DNA of 64,000 nt. It comes from Clostridiales bacterium. GTDB lineage: Bacteria; Bacillota; Clostridia; Christensenellales; CAG-314. The DNA is taken from contig JAFLVK010000001.1 of assembly GCA_022508345.1 (NCBI GenBank), positions 100,371 to 164,370 on the forward strand, given 5' to 3'. Shown here piece by piece: positions 35,601 through 43,781 of the stretch. Both the position numbers and the translations under genes were made by a program. A model generated the notes under the pieces. The model saw only the letters and a list, made by a program, of their open reading frames with translations. It had not been told where the DNA came from and searched no databases. Positions within the stretch are counted from its first letter, which is position 1. Every line of letters begins with the position of its first letter.

Positions 35601-37673
35601 GCCACTGAAGCCGAACTGTTGTACAGCGTCGGTGTACACCAACTTAGCCGTTACTCTCAGGCGTTGATTTTCCGCAGTGAACTCCAACAAACCGTTAAAT
35701 ATAAAGGGTGATTGTGATGCCTGTGCGCTTCCGCTGGTGACGCTTACCGTCAGCTTTTTGCCTGCAAGCGACCCGTCGTTATCCGCAACGGACACGGTAA
35801 ATTCGTAGCTGCTGAGGCTTGTTACAAAGCCGTTTTCGAAGTCGAAGTTCACGTCGGAGGTAGATACCGACTTGTCAATGTACACGTTTATCGTGTAAGT
35901 ATCCGTTGCCGTTGTGTCGTCAAAAGTTACCGTTATTATTACTGTTGCGAAGCCGCCTTTTAACGGCTTGATGCTTTTGAACTCATCCTCGTCAACAAGC
36001 TGTATTACGTCGTCGCCGTCCACTATCTGATAGCTAACTTCCTTGGCTCCGCTGGGGCGTGTAAACACAATTTGCGCCGTTTGCTCGTCAACATCGTTTA
36101 GCGCCAATGCCAGGCTAGCAGACGTTACTTGTCCGCCTATTTGCACCGTTTTGCCTTCTGCCTTTACGCGAGTAACGGTAAGGCTTGCGGAGGACTGTTC
36201 TTCACCATTGCCGTCTACTGCAAATACCCTTACAACAGCGTGACCGTTGCTGTTGAAGTGCAACAGTCCTTGGCTTGTGATTGTGGGAGCAACACTTCCG
36301 GAGTATTCTGTAATTTCGTATTTAATTTCATTGGTGTGGCTTGCAGGTGTTACGCGCACGCCTACGGAATTGGCCGAAACGCTATCGTCGTAGACAGCTG
36401 CAAGGTTGACGTAGTTGTTGCTTGTCAGCATTGCATTGTCGTGCACGCTGTCGCCCACAAACTCAATGGTTTTCACATTGCGTGTAAACGTAACTCTGAA
36501 CACGTCGGAGTTCGTCTCGATTAGCTTGCCGTCCGTTGCGCTGTACTTGCGCGCGCGGAGTGTGATGGTTACGTCGTTGGTGTCAACAGGCTTGTCACCC
36601 GTGACGGCAAAGGTTTGACTGTTTTTATCAAAGCTGATTACCCCTTGCGGATTGAAAACCACTTCGATAATTTCGCGATACGAACCTTTGGGGTTGGGCG
36701 TAATTTCTATGGGCAAATTTTTGCCTTTAAGGTAGTACTCGTCGAAGTCAAATGTTGCCGAAGTACTGTTGAACAGCGCGCCCGTGTAGTAGCCGAACGT
36801 GCAAGAATATTGCTTTTGCCCCTGCACAGTTTTGCCGCTAAAGTCGGTTGCTGTTACAGTGAAGTCCACTATACCTGCCTGTTTGAAAGAGATGTTACCC
36901 TGTTGGTCAATCGTGGCAATATCCGTGTTGGACGAGGAGTAAACCACTCTTGCAAACACGTCCGTGGGTATCAGTGACACAGCGGGGAACTTGGCCGTGT
37001 GCTCTACGATGATTTCAACGCTTGAGTCGAAGTCAATTGCAACAAGCTCCTTGTGGCAGGTAATTTCCACACTGGCTTTGACATTGGGGTTTTCGTTTAG
37101 TTGAGCGGTAACGGTAACGGTTCCCTCGCCAAGTGCTGTGACCATTCCGTTTTGGTTGACGGTGAGCACTTCGGGGTTGGAGCTGAACCATTCAACAAGT
37201 TGGTTTTCCGCTTCCTTGGGGTACAAGCTGACCGTAAGAGTTGCGGATTCACCCTCGTACATGGTGGTTGGATATTCGTTGAACAGAATCTTGTGCACTT
37301 TCGTATCGGTAACCAGCACCTTTTTCGAAATGCTTGCGGCTTCGTTTTCCACACTGCGCACGCGAATGTACGTTTCGCCGTAGCCCACTGCTTTTACCTG
37401 TCCGTTAGCGTCAACAGTAACCACCGACGCGTCGTCCGACGTGTAGGTAAGCTTTTGATTGGTTGCATTAAGTGGCAGAACATTTACTTCTGCCTTGTAT
37501 GTGGGTGGAGCGCTTTCGTCGTCCATAATCAGCACCACTGTGTCAGGCTGAACGAACTCCAACGCTTCAACGTATATGTGTGTTAACATACCCAGCACTG
37601 CACCGGAAACGAGCAATACCATCAGTACAACCAGTGGTAGCAAGATAACTGCCGATCCCATTAGTTTTTTCAT
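32694..37673 (-). CDS. Giant (1659 aa) secreted or anchored protein: N-terminal TM, multiple Big_2/Ig-like repeats, non-Ig C-terminal ~550 aa
   Basis: Start at ATG 37673 (MKKLMGSAVILLPLVVLMVLLV) behind AGGAG. Big_2 signatures include LTYTSDDASVVTVDANGQVKAVGYGETYIRV and VEWFSSNPEVLTVNQNGMVTALGEGTVTVTA. Confidence 0.75.
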   Translation of the reverse strand: MKKLMGSAVILLPLVVLMVLLVSGAVLGMLTHIYVEALEFVQPDTVVLIMDDESAPPTYKAEVNVLPLNATNQKLTYTSDDASVVTVDANGQVKAVGYGETYIRVRSVENEAASISKKVLVTDTKVHKILFNEYPTTMYEGESATLTVSLYPKEAENQLVEWFSSNPEVLTVNQNGMVTALGEGTVTVTAQLNENPNVKASVEITCHKELVAIDFDSSVEIIVEHTAKFPAVSLIPTDVFARVVYSSSNTDIATIDQQGNISFKQAGIVDFTVTATDFSGKTVQGQKQYSCTFGYYTGALFNSTSATFDFDEYYLKGKNLPIEITPNPKGSYREIIEVVFNPQGVISFDKNSQTFAVTGDKPVDTNDVTITLRARKYSATDGKLIETNSDVFRVTFTRNVKTIEFVGDSVHDNAMLTSNNYVNLAAVYDDSVSANSVGVRVTPASHTNEIKYEITEYSGSVAPTITSQGLLHFNSNGHAVVRVFAVDGNGEEQSSASLTVTRVKAEGKTVQIGGQVTSASLALALNDVDEQTAQIVFTRPSGAKEVSYQIVDGDDVIQLVDEDEFKSIKPLKGGFATVIITVTFDDTTATDTYTINVYIDKSVSTSDVNFDFENGFVTSLSSYEFTVSVADNDGSLAGKKLTVSVTSGSAQASQSPFIFNGLLEFTAENQRLRVTAKLVYTDAVQQFGFSGEHISVACDMISTFGTLREAPTVTANGVALQTDAVNEFVLEDIGETLVFTVGDSFVPADFVLSEHLPVLNGTAYFNSTVSQDGKQIIIKATNGGTATVQLTISNIQYDIKVTVKVKANQIAVSYGNTKFVSGNGEYFTLLDKIDFTVTLSRLDNRSDITNKQVMWRIDGGQWATVDVVNGKVTVDLGYDASKVYFKSADGGTNEFEINLKQISQVESFTLTASYTSTQEGAKKLETYTVSGGGSAINYTFPRNMQDRITFIIGLGDNLLGGVGNNEKFQTLFSIDGLQDWAVSYDATSATIVVTPSVTKFNQSLDIHHGNITQTVIVTRVAIQSIEFNGYDIGKKDDVYLGYQQVRVFAKHSYYDGKQVDYYKIPLSVTTNIGAASQEDYQSLNWVLTRVVGGNQQVITSQSGTTVTYNGKAYSIIKGTKGYYLQEVGGNVVTDENGQNSGGITWVDVFSEPGYARIYFGSFAGLSESDVQNDYFGDFGESGYKYTQATDDGSGRTFAPSANAGAFLRVEANDGVSESTVSRHYNFNVLNNTALVNVFDAAGYLAYPGGSVVLQNNLYGPGERDDVDSKLVLDPALSEYSINESNGLVYLNVSTLNKSIIYGNGYQVNFDKFNTRAYEACKAEGQEVSWNHYLNIGQAYNVTLKGRNIVSEITKDNYRLNIGVGATYNYYFYCDIQGWRIGLDLGGNRKDYLKNTVVRYCADYGIVMNGDNTQAYLENIVIVESVRAICSGSDSSLYYFKGFVDCLSYFNTSGLLKAIASSVVDAVGSSTVKSLMDSTLLEMNEYTEWFGQDGGKHADDTRYFNLVLLNQYSGGSTRKHYLWNNSSNSYELTSGGSEAGALKTLATKKSIISALNVDLAAWSYNYKNSVDGGSVTYKKELFKTTDTSTRDMSKLFSDDRYIRLLCQFKSAGVANTDHIQWHMNRIYRDSGLVGTNGWHYTDHISNLKQSLADTEWAKYA

Positions 37674-37684
37674 ATGCCAATCTC

Positions 37685-39283
37685 CTAAATCTCTATGCAT
37701 CTGTATTTAACGGACGCGCTTGTTACGAAAATTGTAACATTGATTGCCGCGTACACGGCAGCTGTTAAATCTACTATCGTATAGCATATTGCGTGTTGCA
37801 GGAAAAATGGTACAACCAACGCCAATACGCCCACTATTGCGCCTATCACCATGCCGATTAGCATCATTATGGTGATGTTTATTTCATCTGCTTCGCCATT
37901 TGCCTTGGGGCGAAGGTTGGGGTTTGCCAAGTTAAGATTGAGACCGTTGAATACGAACCCGACGGTTAGCAACAGCTCTGTCAAAATGAGAATAAACATT
38001 TCGCCCACGGATACAAATTCCAACGATACCAATATCACGCAACTGATTAGTAGCGCACCAATAGACACGCACAGGTTCAAAAATCCCTTGATAAGCAGCT
38101 GCTTGCGATAGCTAACCGGCACCAGCTTGGTGATATAGAAGTTTTTGCCCTCCATGCTCAGCGAATTGGCAGAAAATGCGGAAATCATTGCCATGAATGC
38201 CGAAATTACCAGCATGGACGCGCCGAAGTTTATCTTGTCGCCTATTTGTGCCTGCCCCACCTGCGTGATTAGCCTGTTGCAGAAGAACACCATCACGGGC
38301 GTGGCTATTGCAATGCCCAAGTAAAAGTAGGAATAGGTTTTTGTACGGATAATCTCCTTAAAGCCGTGCTTAAGCATTGAGATTGTCGGTCCGTAGTCGT
38401 CCAGGCGCGAACGGCGACGGAATGTTGTGCCGTTGCCCTCCAACAAATCGATGCGCACACGGTTGTATATGGGGCGAGCAATGGCTATACCCGCGGCGGA
38501 CAACAGGGCTGCAAGCCCCACTGTTACCAACAGCCCCAACCAAGCACGGTCGAAGAACACAATGCTGCCCAGGTAAAAGGCGGGGTTGTAGTACGAATCC
38601 AGCGCGCCAAGCAGCGACCCCCAGATGTTGAGCGTGTCGGTAGACATGTTGCGGTGTATGAAGTAATCTGCCAGCACCGTCAGCACGTAGTTGTACAGTA
38701 CGAAAAAGCCAACCAGCGCAACAATAAATATCGACAGTCGAATGATGTTGTGCGTTTCCAGCTTGGACGTAACGTACATCAGGGGTATTGCAATAAGTGT
38801 GGACAGCGCAAACGGTACCATCGGCGCGAAAATCACACCCAGCAGTATCCCGATGACATATACTAGGCTCAATATGCCCTGCACAAAGCCGTAAACAAGC
38901 AAAATGGGCAGTAGCAACATTGCCGAGTACAGCGCAAGGTCAATGTAGATGAGTATCAGGTTGCACAGATACACCTTGTACGGCGAAATGGGGAAACGCG
39001 CGGTAATGTGCAAGTCGCCGGGGCGATACATGCGCTTGAGCTGCATGGTAATTCCCACAACCGTAAGGCTTAGCTCCACTATCGTAATAAACAGCATTGC
39101 AAGGCGCTTGTCGGATACGTCAGTGAGGTTGCTTGACAGCACGGACGTAAGTAGCATTTCCAACGCCAGCGCAACAATGATAACCAGCAAGCTTACTGTG
39201 CCTGTAAGAAATGCGCTCCTCTTGCTGTTGTTGCGGTTGAAGCCCCACTTCAGTTTAAGTTGTAAGCGTATAAACTCTTTCAC
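37685..39283 (-). CDS. Polytopic ABC-2/putative-exporter-type permease (532 aa)
   Basis: 10 or more TM helices. GTG start overlaps the ATPase stop (GTGA). Confidence 0.6.
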   Translation of the reverse strand: MKEFIRLQLKLKWGFNRNNSKRSAFLTGTVSLLVIIVALALEMLLTSVLSSNLTDVSDKRLAMLFITIVELSLTVVGITMQLKRMYRPGDLHITARFPISPYKVYLCNLILIYIDLALYSAMLLLPILLVYGFVQGILSLVYVIGILLGVIFAPMVPFALSTLIAIPLMYVTSKLETHNIIRLSIFIVALVGFFVLYNYVLTVLADYFIHRNMSTDTLNIWGSLLGALDSYYNPAFYLGSIVFFDRAWLGLLVTVGLAALLSAAGIAIARPIYNRVRIDLLEGNGTTFRRRSRLDDYGPTISMLKHGFKEIIRTKTYSYFYLGIAIATPVMVFFCNRLITQVGQAQIGDKINFGASMLVISAFMAMISAFSANSLSMEGKNFYITKLVPVSYRKQLLIKGFLNLCVSIGALLISCVILVSLEFVSVGEMFILILTELLLTVGFVFNGLNLNLANPNLRPKANGEADEINITIMMLIGMVIGAIVGVLALVVPFFLQHAICYTIVDLTAAVYAAINVTIFVTSASVKYRCIEI

Positions 39284-40101
39284 TTGTCCTTTACCTCATT
39301 GAGCTTCATAAAGTAAGCATCAAGGTCGAAGCCTACTTTGCCGCGCAAGTCCACAATGCTTGCTATTGTGCCCTTTTTGATAAATACAACCTTGTCGCAC
39401 GTCTTTTGAACTGTGTCGAGGTTGTGTGAAGAAAACAGCACAGCGTGGTCTTTGTCGGCATAATTGCGAATGTATTTACGCAAAAGCGCCATAGTTTGCG
39501 GATCCAGTCCCACCATAGGTTCGTCCAGTACCCACAGCTTTGGCTGATGTACGATAGCACCCAAAATACATATCTTTTGGCGCATACCGTGCGAATAGTT
39601 GGCAATTTGCATGTCCAAGGCGTGGTCTATTTCAAAGTGCTTGGCAAGGGTGTCCGTCGCGTACTGCTTTTGCTCCTTAGTTGCCTTGTACAGGCTGCCC
39701 ATGTAGTTGATGTATTCCCTACCTGTAAGCTTTTCGTAAACGGAGTGGTCGTCAGGCACGTAACCAATCAGCGACTTCGCCTGTTCGGGTTGCTTGATTA
39801 AGTCGAACCCGCAAATGGATATGGATCCCTCCGAAAAGGGCAATATGCCCGTCAGCGCTTTGATTATCGTGGACTTGCCCGCACCGTTGCTACCCACAAG
39901 GCCGACTACTTCGCCACAGTCCACTGTGAACGACACGTCCTTGGTTGCGTAGTAATCGCTGCGCGAGTATTTTTTGCTGTAATTTACTATTTGCAGGCGG
40001 TGAGGCGTATTTGCCTCCGTCGCGTCTGCACTTTGGATGACTTTTATTTCTTGTGAAGGTTCCGCTTGGGGGTCTTCATGCTTTTTAACTTTGCTTGCCA
40101 T
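39280..40101 (-). CDS. ABC transporter ATP-binding protein (ABC-2 exporter type)
   Basis: Walker A GSNGAGKST, signature YSHGMRQK, Walker B LWVLDEP. Start at ATG 40101 behind AAGGAG. About 40-aa acidic N-terminal extension. Confidence 0.85.
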   Translation of the reverse strand: MASKVKKHEDPQAEPSQEIKVIQSADATEANTPHRLQIVNYSKKYSRSDYYATKDVSFTVDCGEVVGLVGSNGAGKSTIIKALTGILPFSEGSISICGFDLIKQPEQAKSLIGYVPDDHSVYEKLTGREYINYMGSLYKATKEQKQYATDTLAKHFEIDHALDMQIANYSHGMRQKICILGAIVHQPKLWVLDEPMVGLDPQTMALLRKYIRNYADKDHAVLFSSHNLDTVQKTCDKVVFIKKGTIASIVDLRGKVGFDLDAYFMKLNEVKDK

Positions 40102-40321
40102 GGCTTCTCCTTTACCGCACATACAGTAAGTAATTGTAATTCAGAAAAATTGCATCAAAAAAATCCGCCAATCTCCCCCACTGTGTAGTGTGAGCAAAAA
40201 AACGGATTTACTACCCTAACCGAAACAAAACAAAACATCATGAAACGTCCACAAACGTCGCAGGCATTTTACCCACGTTTTGGCTCACATCACGATGCTG
40301 TTACGGTTAGTTATTCAGTTG

Positions 40322-40786
40322 TTAAGATAAAAAGCAGACTTTTTGTCTGTAGGAAACGGTACTGTAGCAATCTACAGTTTGGTTTCTCTCTTCACGCTTG
40401 TTGTAATTGTCCTGCTTCTCTTGCTTGTGCTCATCGGCATTGCCAAGCGCGCGCAAAAACAAACCGTACTCGTCCAAACAAGTAAAGGTAAGCGCAGATA
40501 CAATGCTGATTGCAAATTGGAAAATAAACGACGACGTAGTAAAGGCGTTGTCCACGAACAGAACGCGCACAGCCTCGTCGATATTGCGCCAGGTGTTGAT
40601 TGTAAACAGGTTGTTGTTGTGCTGTACAAGATTGCTAAGCAACGTGTTGATTACAACAAAGAAAAAGAACACAACAAAAAACTTGACAAACATTCCAACG
40701 ACATTGCCAAACTTTTTAACCTTGTGTTCCAATCTGATTTGTTGTTCGTTCTCGATTACGCGAGAATCGTACACAAAAGTGCGCAT
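40322..40786 (-). CDS. Hypothetical small membrane protein (uncertain)
   Basis: It is the only ORF in 40240..40931 with protein-like composition and two hydrophobic helices. The RBS-like GGTGAGG is very close to the ATG. Confidence 0.3.
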   Translation of the reverse strand: MRTFVYDSRVIENEQQIRLEHKVKKFGNVVGMFVKFFVVFFFFVVINTLLSNLVQHNNNLFTINTWRNIDEAVRVLFVDNAFTTSSFIFQFAISIVSALTFTCLDEYGLFLRALGNADEHKQEKQDNYNKREERNQTVDCYSTVSYRQKVCFLS

Positions 40787-40993
40787 AGCCTCACCAGTAC
40801 AGCTTCACCTGTCGAAGCCGATAATTTACTATTATAGTATTACTATTATACTTGCAACGCCCGAAATGTCAACAAGTTTTGCCGAGTTGCGGGCAAAATT
40901 CGAAAAAACGACACATTTTTTCAAATTTTGAAAGCTCTGCACTATGCTGTGACATTTGTAAATCTCTTGCTGTCGTCTGCTTTTTCATATATT

Positions 40994-41509
40994 TTACATC
41001 GTAGGTTGAAGTTTATTTGATGCTCTTGCTAATCTATATAGTTCCGCAAGTTCACCATCATCATTAATGTATTGCTTCACCAATTCAAAGCCGGCACGTT
41101 CTAAAATCCTTTTTGAAAACGTATTCATTGGGTCGGTGATTGCAATAATATCTACACATTTATGCATTTGCTTTGCTTTTTGCAGTAGCAAATTTACCAA
41201 TTCAGTTCCATAGCCTTTGTTCCAATATTGAGGAAGAAGCATATACTCGATTTCAACAGCATTGTAGTCATCATTTAATGTCAATGCGCCCATTCCGATG
41301 TACTCACGCTCATTGTTATACGATGAATATACCTTATAAAATCCATAATCATTATGTTCAGCATTACAACTCAAAATTAGCTGAAAAAACATACTTGCTT
41401 CTTCAACATTAAAAACACGTCCCATGTTCATATTCATCGTTTGTTCATTGAACACCAACTGTGAATACAAATCATAATCGTCCGCGTTGTATCTTTCTAA
41501 CACTAACAT
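40994..41509 (-). CDS. GNAT-family N-acetyltransferase
   Basis: WNKGYGTELVNLLL acetyl-CoA motif. 171 aa. Lower GC than the flanks. Confidence 0.75.
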   Translation of the reverse strand: MLVLERYNADDYDLYSQLVFNEQTMNMNMGRVFNVEEASMFFQLILSCNAEHNDYGFYKVYSSYNNEREYIGMGALTLNDDYNAVEIEYMLLPQYWNKGYGTELVNLLLQKAKQMHKCVDIIAITDPMNTFSKRILERAGFELVKQYINDDGELAELYRLARASNKLQPTM

Positions 41510-41763
41510 ACAATGATTCCTCTTAAAGATAAATTACCGATTATCGTAGCACATATTATAGCAAATATTCACATGCAAATCAAGAATCTAGATACAGCAA
41601 CAAAAGAGCAAATTATATAATGACAAAAGGTGCCCAAACGGTGAAGAAGGGTTGCAGATTGGGAACTATTAAATGCGAATGCGACGAAAGTGTACTAGGC
41701 GTACATGACCGAAGCATGAGACATGCAAAATGGGCACTAGATGCGCCCTTATTTGCCGTTTGG

Positions 41764-41784
41764 TGGTAGAGATAGTAGGATTCG
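41764..41784 (-). repeat. Duplicate of the 3' end (T-loop to CCA) of the adjacent tRNA-Val gene
   Basis: TGGTAGAGATAGTAGGATTCG matches 41940..41960 (TGGTAGAGATAGTAGGGCTCG) at 19/21, with the first 16 nt identical. No 5' tRNA half is present. Confidence 0.8.
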
Positions 41785-41882
41785 TCTGAGCGTAGCGACG
41801 TAAGTGAAGCAAAGCGGAACGCTACATTATTTCGTACTGTCCTGACTATTGACACGACAGCGTGGCAAGTAAAAAGGAGCAA

Positions 41883-41909
41883 TAGAAAAGGGAACACCAC
41901 CGTGTTCCC
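41883..41909 (-). terminator. Terminator of tRNA-Val
   Basis: GGGAACAC-ggtg-GTGTTCCC followed by TTTTCTATT on the minus strand. Confidence 0.7.
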
Positions 41910-41939
41910 TTTCTGTTGCGACTAATAGCGTAGCCACGC

Positions 41940-42016
41940 TGGTAGAGATAGTAGGGCTCGAACCTACGACCTCTCGCATGTGAAGCGAGCGCTCTGACCA
42001 ACTGAGCTATACCTCC
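41940..42016 (-). tRNA. tRNA-Val (anticodon CAC), CCA encoded
   Basis: The reverse complement GGAGGTATAGCTCAGTTGGTCAGAGCGCTCGCTTCACATGCGAGAGGTCGTAGGTTCGAGCCCTACTATCTCTACCA folds as a cloverleaf of 77 nt. The acceptor stem has two G-U pairs (1-72, 5-68). Confidence 0.9.
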
Positions 42017-42144
42017 ATATATAAACTTTCACAAATAGCACTCGCACGTATTGCTAAACACAATACGCGCGTTGTGTTATACAATTGTTTTGTTTTTCAA
42101 GAAAGCGAATTTTACTTGAAAACGCTGAAATTTCCAACTACGAA

Positions 42145-42354
42145 TTAGTAGTTGCGTTCCTCCAAGGTGTCAACGTCGATAGAATGAGCCTTGCAAAACT
42201 CGGCAAAAGCCTTTTGTGCGCCATAGTTAGGTTTGCATCTGCCAGATTCCCAGCGATTTACGGTAGCGAAAGCAACGCCCAGTTCCTTAGCCATCATTTC
42301 CTGGCTGAGATACAATTTCTTTCTGACAGTTTTTACCTTTTCTCTGAATTCCAT
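42145..42354 (-). CDS. XRE-family helix-turn-helix protein (69 aa)
   Basis: MEFREKVKTVRKKLYLSQEMMAKELGVAFATVNRWESG. Start at ATG 42354 behind AGGAG. The longer track ORF is an unlikely extension. Confidence 0.7.
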   Translation of the reverse strand: MEFREKVKTVRKKLYLSQEMMAKELGVAFATVNRWESGRCKPNYGAQKAFAEFCKAHSIDVDTLEERNY

Positions 42355-42434
42355 CTTGGATACTCCTGTAAATGGTTTTGTAATAGTATTGTAGCATAAT
42401 TGCAAAGAATTTGCAACAACAATTTTGCAAAATG

Positions 42435-43070
42435 CTATTGTTGGACGTTGAACACACCGAAGACAACTATTCCCACTACTGCGGAAAGCAGAATGAGAAA
42501 AATGGGATGAATTTTTTTGCGTTTGACTTTGACAAGGGAAAGCGGAACGATAGCGGCAATTACAATCAGAGATATCCAATTAAACTGCGAAAAGCCGCTG
42601 GCGTTGATACTTTTGAAGTTGAGCTGGGGCAAAATCACCTTGCAGCCTACCGTAACCACTGCGGACAAAATCAGCCCCACAACGACGGGCTTGATGCCGC
42701 GTAGCGCTCCCTGAACGTACTTGGACGACTTGAACTTTTCAAACAGCATTGTTACTACGATAATGATAACAAGCGACGGAAGCACCACCGCAACTGTGGC
42801 AACAATGGAGCCGAGTATTCCGCCAAATACGCCAAGACCGGTTGACATACCCACCGTATTGCCCACGAACGTGGCAAGGTTGATAGCAAACGGCCCTGGT
42901 GTGGACTCGGCAACACCGATAAAGCTGATAAGCTGATCTTCGGTGAGCCAACCGTGCCGAAGCACTATTTGCGTTACAAGCGGTAGCATAGCGTAACCGC
43001 CGCCTATGGTAAACAGACCTATCTTGAAATATTCCCAAAACAGCGTGAGGTAGGAGAGAAAAGCACTCAT
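42435..43070 (-). CDS. Chromate transporter family protein (ChrA half, C-terminal-type)
   Basis: FKIGLFTIGGGYAMLPL and ESTPGP motifs. 4-nt overlap with its partner gene. Confidence 0.85.
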   Translation of the reverse strand: MSAFLSYLTLFWEYFKIGLFTIGGGYAMLPLVTQIVLRHGWLTEDQLISFIGVAESTPGPFAINLATFVGNTVGMSTGLGVFGGILGSIVATVAVVLPSLVIIIVVTMLFEKFKSSKYVQGALRGIKPVVVGLILSAVVTVGCKVILPQLNFKSINASGFSQFNWISLIVIAAIVPLSLVKVKRKKIHPIFLILLSAVVGIVVFGVFNVQQ

Positions 43071-43726
43071 TGTTCGTCACCCCCGTCGTCAAGCCGTTCC
43101 GACTGCTCAAGAGGAAGCGGTTTTTTGTTTGATACGCGTTCGGCAATCATGGTATACACAATACCCAACACTCCGCCAATGAGTATAACAAAGATAACGT
43201 CAAAATTGGTAAACACTGCAACGGCAAAGGCTGCGGGCATGATTATCCACGAAAACCAATTCCACTGCACCTGTTTAGCCATTTTGACAAAAGCATTTAC
43301 TACCAACACGGTAACGCACGCCTGTATGCCCGTAAAGGCTGCCTTGTACCAACGGTTGTTTTCAAACGCGGTAATAAAAAAGGTCAGCGCAGTGATAATC
43401 AAAAACGACGGCAACACTACGCCAAGGGTTGCAACAAGCGCACCGAGAAAACCGCGCACGCGAAAGCCAACGGACGTTGCCGTGTTAACCGCAACAACAC
43501 CGGGTGTAGATTCGGCAATTACAAGCATATCCAGCATGTCCTGTGACGTTATCCAACCTCTTTTTGCAACAAGCTCCTCTTCGAGAATGGCAATCATTGC
43601 GTAGCCGCCACCAAACGTGAACAGCCCTGTTTTGAAAAAGGTGATAAACAGCTGCCACAGGCTAACCCTTTTGTCAGCAGGTTTTACCTCATCTATATTT
43701 TGTTTTGCTTTTCTTGTCTTTTTCAT
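43067..43726 (-). CDS. Chromate transporter family protein (ChrA half, N-terminal-type)
   Basis: FKTGLFTFGGGYAMIAIL and ESTPGV motifs. Confidence 0.85.
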   Translation of the reverse strand: MKKTRKAKQNIDEVKPADKRVSLWQLFITFFKTGLFTFGGGYAMIAILEEELVAKRGWITSQDMLDMLVIAESTPGVVAVNTATSVGFRVRGFLGALVATLGVVLPSFLIITALTFFITAFENNRWYKAAFTGIQACVTVLVVNAFVKMAKQVQWNWFSWIIMPAAFAVAVFTNFDVIFVILIGGVLGIVYTMIAERVSNKKPLPLEQSERLDDGGDEQ

Positions 43727-43781
43727 TTTTTAGTAATTTGTGAATATTCTACGCTACAAAACAATCTGCAACTTAACGAAG

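Noticed and set aside
40240-40931. Overlapping + strand ORFs (81, 164 and 174 aa) opposite the 154-aa minus ORF
   Set aside because: Their translations are low-complexity (Cys/Ser/Leu/Thr/Lys runs) without RBS. Only the minus-strand ORF has TM-like helices, and even that one is reported with low confidence.
41613-41900. 95-aa minus-strand ORF in the 430-bp gap between the GNAT gene and tRNA-Val
   Set aside because: It spans the tRNA terminator and the tRNA 3'-end duplicate. It has no RBS and a non-protein-like sequence. The region is better explained as a non-coding island scar.
41510-42144. Integrase or prophage next to tRNA-Val, and likewise next to ssrA at 22518
   Set aside because: No recombinase, transposase or phage structural ORF exists within several kb of either RNA gene. 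Only the att-like repeat and accessory cargo are seen, so no intact mobile element is called.
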